Assembly: GCA_965208325.1 (NCBI GenBank)
Contig: OZ242326.1
Span: 192,001 to 256,000 of the forward strand
Direction of reading: 5' to 3'
Origin: Candidatus Poribacteria bacterium
Lineage (GTDB): Bacteria > Poribacteria > WGA-4E > PCPOR2b
DNA: 64,000 bases
Shown: positions 60,435 to 64,000 of the stretch, piece after piece
Layout of the letters: the number at the start of each line of letters is the position of its first letter
Position numbering within the stretch: position 1 is the first letter of the stretch
The notes under the pieces: generated by a model
Seen by the model: the letters and a program-made list of their open reading frames with translations, nothing else
What the model was told of the DNA's origin: nothing
Databases searched by the model: none
Made by a program: the position numbers and the translations under genes

Positions 60435-62096
60435 ATGAGACAGAATTTATTACAAGCGCACCGTGACGCGGTGAATCGGAGCCGGCGAGTCATTGTCAAC
60501 TATGACACCAATTTTGGAGCTCCGTCTGTAATTTGTCCGTTGGCTGGCATGGAAATAGATCGCTTGGTGAAGGGCTACTTCAGCATGATCGATGAAGCCG
60601 GCGTTCAGGTAGACAGCATCTGGTGGTGTTGGCTGGACGGCAATTTCGCAAATTATCCGAGCCAGATTCTACCCGTTTGGGAACTGCCCGGATACCAGAA
60701 GTGGTGGGATGCCGGAATTGACCCGGTGCAGATTTTCGCCGAGGAGACCAAGAAGCGCGATAAAGAAGTTTTCTTCTCTTACCGCCTGAATGGGACCGAT
60801 ATGGCGAGTATTGTACCGTTAAGTAAGCCGTTATTGAAAGAAGCTCACCCCGAATGGTTAATCCCTACTTGGGAGGCGTTTCAAAATCCCGGTTACTGGA
60901 ACTTCACCGTGCCACAAGTGCGCGATTACAAGGTGAGCATCCTACGCGAGGTGGCGGAAAACTACGATTACGACGGTATAGAGATAGACTTTTCTAGGGT
61001 ACCTGTGACACTGCCGCCTGGGCACCAATGGGAAAACCGAGAGTGCTTGACCGAATTTATGCGCGCCGTGCGTGCCATGACGCTCGAAATCGAAAAGAAA
61101 CGGGATCACCCGTTTCTGCTGGCTGCTCGAATTCCGGAGAACCTAGAAGGTTGTCATTTTGACGGAATGGATGTCGAAACTTGGGCGAGCGAAGGCTTGC
61201 TGGATATCTTCGTTTTGGGCAATCGCTCATTCGACGTGGATATCTCCGCTTTTCGTCGAATCACGGCAGGAACTGGGATAAAGCTCTATCCGTGCATGGA
61301 CGATCATCACGCGTCGGACGGTTATCTGCACCCACCAATCTCAGTTTTCCGCGGCGTTTTTGCCAACTGGCGGCATCAAGGTGCGGATGGCATTCAGACG
61401 TTTAACTTTAGCAATTGGACCCCGGTTGGTGCTGCACTTCTCGGTTGGGATGCGATTGACCCCGTGTGGGCGGCGCACCTTCAAGTCTACCGAGAGATGA
61501 CAGTTCTGGAGTCGCTCGAATACAAGGACAAAACGTTTGTTGCCGAGCGGCGTGGGGGAGGACATGGTCCCACAGTAGTGCCTAATCCCGAAGATTGGAC
61601 GACACCGAGGTGGATGTATTTTATCACAAATATGTTCGCTCCGTTGCCAGCCGCTTTGGCGAACGACGGAAAAGCTGACACCTTATTAAAACTCTACGTC
61701 TCCGATAAACTCGCTGATGAAGCCGAACACATTGAGCGAGTTACCATTCGCGTTTTGCTGTCCGATCCGGGGGCGGAACACCTCCCGTCCAGTCAGCGCC
61801 TTGAGGTCGTCACAGTTGCAACCAAAGCGCACACCCTCCAAAACATCCCCCCAGCAGTAGGGATTGGCAACCAGATTGAGTTAAGGCTAAACAACACTCT
61901 CCTGCACCCACCGGTAATTGAAAAAGGCTGGTTGGTCTTTTCAGCACAACCAAATCAATTCGCAGTGGGCAACAACCTCCTTGGATTGCGCGTCACCGAC
62001 CGGGCGCCAGATGCCCAAGGCGAAGTCTTGATTGAGAAGTTGGAAGTCCATGTAAACTACCACAAACCCACAAAGGACAGAAAAAACCGAAAATAA
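60435..62096 (+). CDS. Glycoside hydrolase-like TIM-barrel protein (GHL10/DUF187-like)
   Basis: FFSYRLNG, HPEWL, NFTVPQVRDY, YDYDGIEIDFSR, GADGIQTFNF. Confidence 0.7.
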   Translation: MRQNLLQAHRDAVNRSRRVIVNYDTNFGAPSVICPLAGMEIDRLVKGYFSMIDEAGVQVDSIWWCWLDGNFANYPSQILPVWELPGYQKWWDAGIDPVQIFAEETKKRDKEVFFSYRLNGTDMASIVPLSKPLLKEAHPEWLIPTWEAFQNPGYWNFTVPQVRDYKVSILREVAENYDYDGIEIDFSRVPVTLPPGHQWENRECLTEFMRAVRAMTLEIEKKRDHPFLLAARIPENLEGCHFDGMDVETWASEGLLDIFVLGNRSFDVDISAFRRITAGTGIKLYPCMDDHHASDGYLHPPISVFRGVFANWRHQGADGIQTFNFSNWTPVGAALLGWDAIDPVWAAHLQVYREMTVLESLEYKDKTFVAERRGGGHGPTVVPNPEDWTTPRWMYFITNMFAPLPAALANDGKADTLLKLYVSDKLADEAEHIERVTIRVLLSDPGAEHLPSSQRLEVVTVATKAHTLQNIPPAVGIGNQIELRLNNTLLHPPVIEKGWLVFSAQPNQFAVGNNLLGLRVTDRAPDAQGEVLIEKLEVHVNYHKPTKDRKNRK

Positions 62097-62125
62097 CATA
62101 AAGATTTTAGCCATTTACACGATGT

Positions 62126-62494
62126 TTACACACATTTAAATACCCCCCTGATAAGGCTTACTATTACCCATAAATCTAGAAATTCCCCGAGATCCACGCT
62201 GTGGGAGGAAAATCCTTCTCCCAATTGTCGAGAATCAAGCGACCGAATAGGGAGCGCGATAGTTTTAAATGCCTCTACCGCAGTGAAGACACCTTGTCGG
62301 TGCATTACAATTACCATTCCCCGCCTTACTAAGGAGGATCAACTGACCGATTAGGGAAGGCGATAGTTTTAATAATTCTTATCGGTTGGGTTAAGCGCTG
62401 ATTCTAGCACCGACATTAGGATGTAGGTAATAGTAAGCAGGTTAGGGGGGCTAGGGGGGGTGGCATCCCTTTGTAATCGGATTAATATGTGTAA
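62126..62494. mobile_element. Nested inverted-repeat module with REP-like hairpins
   Basis: Three inverted-repeat pairs: TTACACACATTTAA/TTAATATGTGTAA (imperfect), GCTTACTATTACC 62156-62168/62426-62438 (perfect) and TGTCGGTGC 62295-62303/62407-62415 (perfect). Confidence 0.6.
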
Positions 62495-62526
62495 TTTTCG
62501 GTTGCGGCGACTTTAGGAACAAAAAC

Positions 62527-63630
62527 ATGGATCTTACGGATGCGAAACTGCAGTTGGAGGATGAAGGGTATTGCTTACTGGAAAATCAACTCGACCCGCG
62601 CCAAGCTGAACACCTCGACACCCTCGCACGGACCTTAATGGAACCTCGTGACGGGTATATCAGTATGGAGACCTCTCTGAATCACATTCCTGAGTTGGCT
62701 CCACTGTGCATTCATTCCACGCTAGTAGAACTTGCCGAAATGATGCTGGGGAAGGACCTTATACTTGCGAACAATGTGGCGATGAAATGGTGCAAGCCCG
62801 GTGCACCGGAAGGGCCGTTGCATTGGGGCGGACGGTTCAAGGATATTCCCCAACTGACAGAGTTTCAGGTCTTCTGGATGCTCACGGACTTCACCGCCGA
62901 GAACGGCGCTACGCTTGTCGTACCGTTTAGTCATCACACCGGGCGTCCGCCCGCACGCACTGCCTATCCCCAAGAGATTCCACTCGTCGGGACAAAAGGG
63001 TCGGTATTAATCTTTGATGGCAGAATTTGGCATCGCAGCGGCGCCAACACAACGAGCGGCAAACATCGTATGGCTGCCAATATGATGTATCTGCCCGGCA
63101 GCGTCGATCGCGGCGGAGAGTGGCCGCTCGTGGCGCGTGAACGCTATAATGAATTCCCGCCGCAGTTGCAAGCCATGCTCCTGCAATCGGTTGCGTCGTC
63201 GGTCACACCGCCGCCCGCCGCGCACCACCCAAATATTTGGACGATGCTCGATTATCAGGGGGTTAAGCACGCCGCAGGCGGCAAGCTTGCGGTGAACTTA
63301 ACCATTAAATCAGGTTTCGAATTCTCGACCGCAGTACGCTTCCCGCAAGCGTCCGCGTTGGAAGTAAAGCAGACGCAAGATTGCTGGGTGTTTTTAGAGC
63401 GAGCCAGCGCTATTGGCGGTAATTCTAAGGTCGAACTGTACGTAAACGATGTAAAGGTTTCACATTTCACAGTCGCCGTGGGCGAAAATGACGCACAAGT
63501 TCAGACCTTAACGGAGCAAGTGACCTCACGCATAACCGATACAACTGTGCTGTACAACATCACATTCAAGAACGTAGGCGGTCACGACGCGTTTATCCGC
63601 GAACTTAGTATCCGATGGCTGGCGAGCTAG
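62527..63630 (+). CDS. PhyH-fold Fe/2OG enzyme with an HxG motif and an extra C-terminal domain (candidate halogenase)
   Basis: EGYCLL, LHWGG, MLTDFTAENGATLVVPFSH, FDGRIWHRSGAN, HRMA; PPPAA linker then about 130 aa of beta-rich sequence. Confidence 0.85.
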   Translation: MDLTDAKLQLEDEGYCLLENQLDPRQAEHLDTLARTLMEPRDGYISMETSLNHIPELAPLCIHSTLVELAEMMLGKDLILANNVAMKWCKPGAPEGPLHWGGRFKDIPQLTEFQVFWMLTDFTAENGATLVVPFSHHTGRPPARTAYPQEIPLVGTKGSVLIFDGRIWHRSGANTTSGKHRMAANMMYLPGSVDRGGEWPLVARERYNEFPPQLQAMLLQSVASSVTPPPAAHHPNIWTMLDYQGVKHAAGGKLAVNLTIKSGFEFSTAVRFPQASALEVKQTQDCWVFLERASAIGGNSKVELYVNDVKVSHFTVAVGENDAQVQTLTEQVTSRITDTTVLYNITFKNVGGHDAFIRELSIRWLAS

Positions 63631-63742
63631 AGCATTATCAGAACCGCTGAATTATTCCATCGCGGGGTGTAACCTCCATGTCCGGACAATCAGGCCTGAA
63701 CCACCTTTTCCACCGATGTAGCGGAGCGGTCCTCTGCCGTAA

Positions 63743-64000
63743 TTACCAAAGACGGGCGCCTTTTATGAGATTGAACGCCCAATTTATGACCCCCTCATCC
63801 GCATGGATGACAAATTCTTGACCTCGACCGGCTGATTGGAAGTACCCTTCTTTCCAAGAATTCTCTGAATGGTGTGAAATTCGCACGTGCTGGAAGATTT
63901 TCGAATCGAGATCCCAGCGACTTCGGTTGGTTTCTCCCTCTTTGGTTAACATCAAACGTTCATCAAACTGGAATGTCCCGCCTCCAGGGGTGTTCGGCAA
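63743..64000 (-). CDS. C-terminal part of a probable Nmad3 (nucleotide modification associated domain 3) protein; 5' end lies outside the window
   Basis: PGGGTFQF...LMLT...RSRWDL...ISHH...W...FQSAGRGQEFV resembles the Nmad3 C-terminus as I recall it. Confidence 0.6.
   Translation of the reverse strand: MPNTPGGGTFQFDERLMLTKEGETNRSRWDLDSKIFQHVRISHHSENSWKEGYFQSAGRGQEFVIHADEGVINWAFNLIKGARLW

Overview
A bacterial chromosomal window (diderm: lpxK, an Omp85 protein and a Wza-like protein). Its gene content includes five PhyH-like Fe/2OG enzymes, LamG and TolB-like secreted proteins with a shared C-terminal tail, a BMC vertex gene and many REP-like palindromes. This resembles Candidatus Poribacteria, which is an inference from gene content and not a database result. 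It carries housekeeping genes (lhr, trmB, acnA, lpxK, ackA, glnE, uppP, ychF), three tRNAs, an ECF sigma/anti-sigma module, two pseudogenes and many accessory enzymes. No CRISPR array, rRNA or transposase was seen. The main leads are: (1) a 16-aa C-terminal motif, [AS]VxPxxKxxx[AT]WGx[IL]K, shared by unrelated signal-peptide proteins, which may be the sorting signal of an uncharacterised export system, with an Omp85 and a BatA/vWA gene next to three of the carriers; (2) a PhyH-fold enzyme with a halogenase-type HxG motif; (3) a circularly permuted LamG domain inserted in a GT-C-like membrane protein; (4) a DNase I-like lipoprotein with both catalytic His replaced by Arg; (5) a covarying 27-nt hairpin family and nested inverted-repeat modules in the intergenic DNA.
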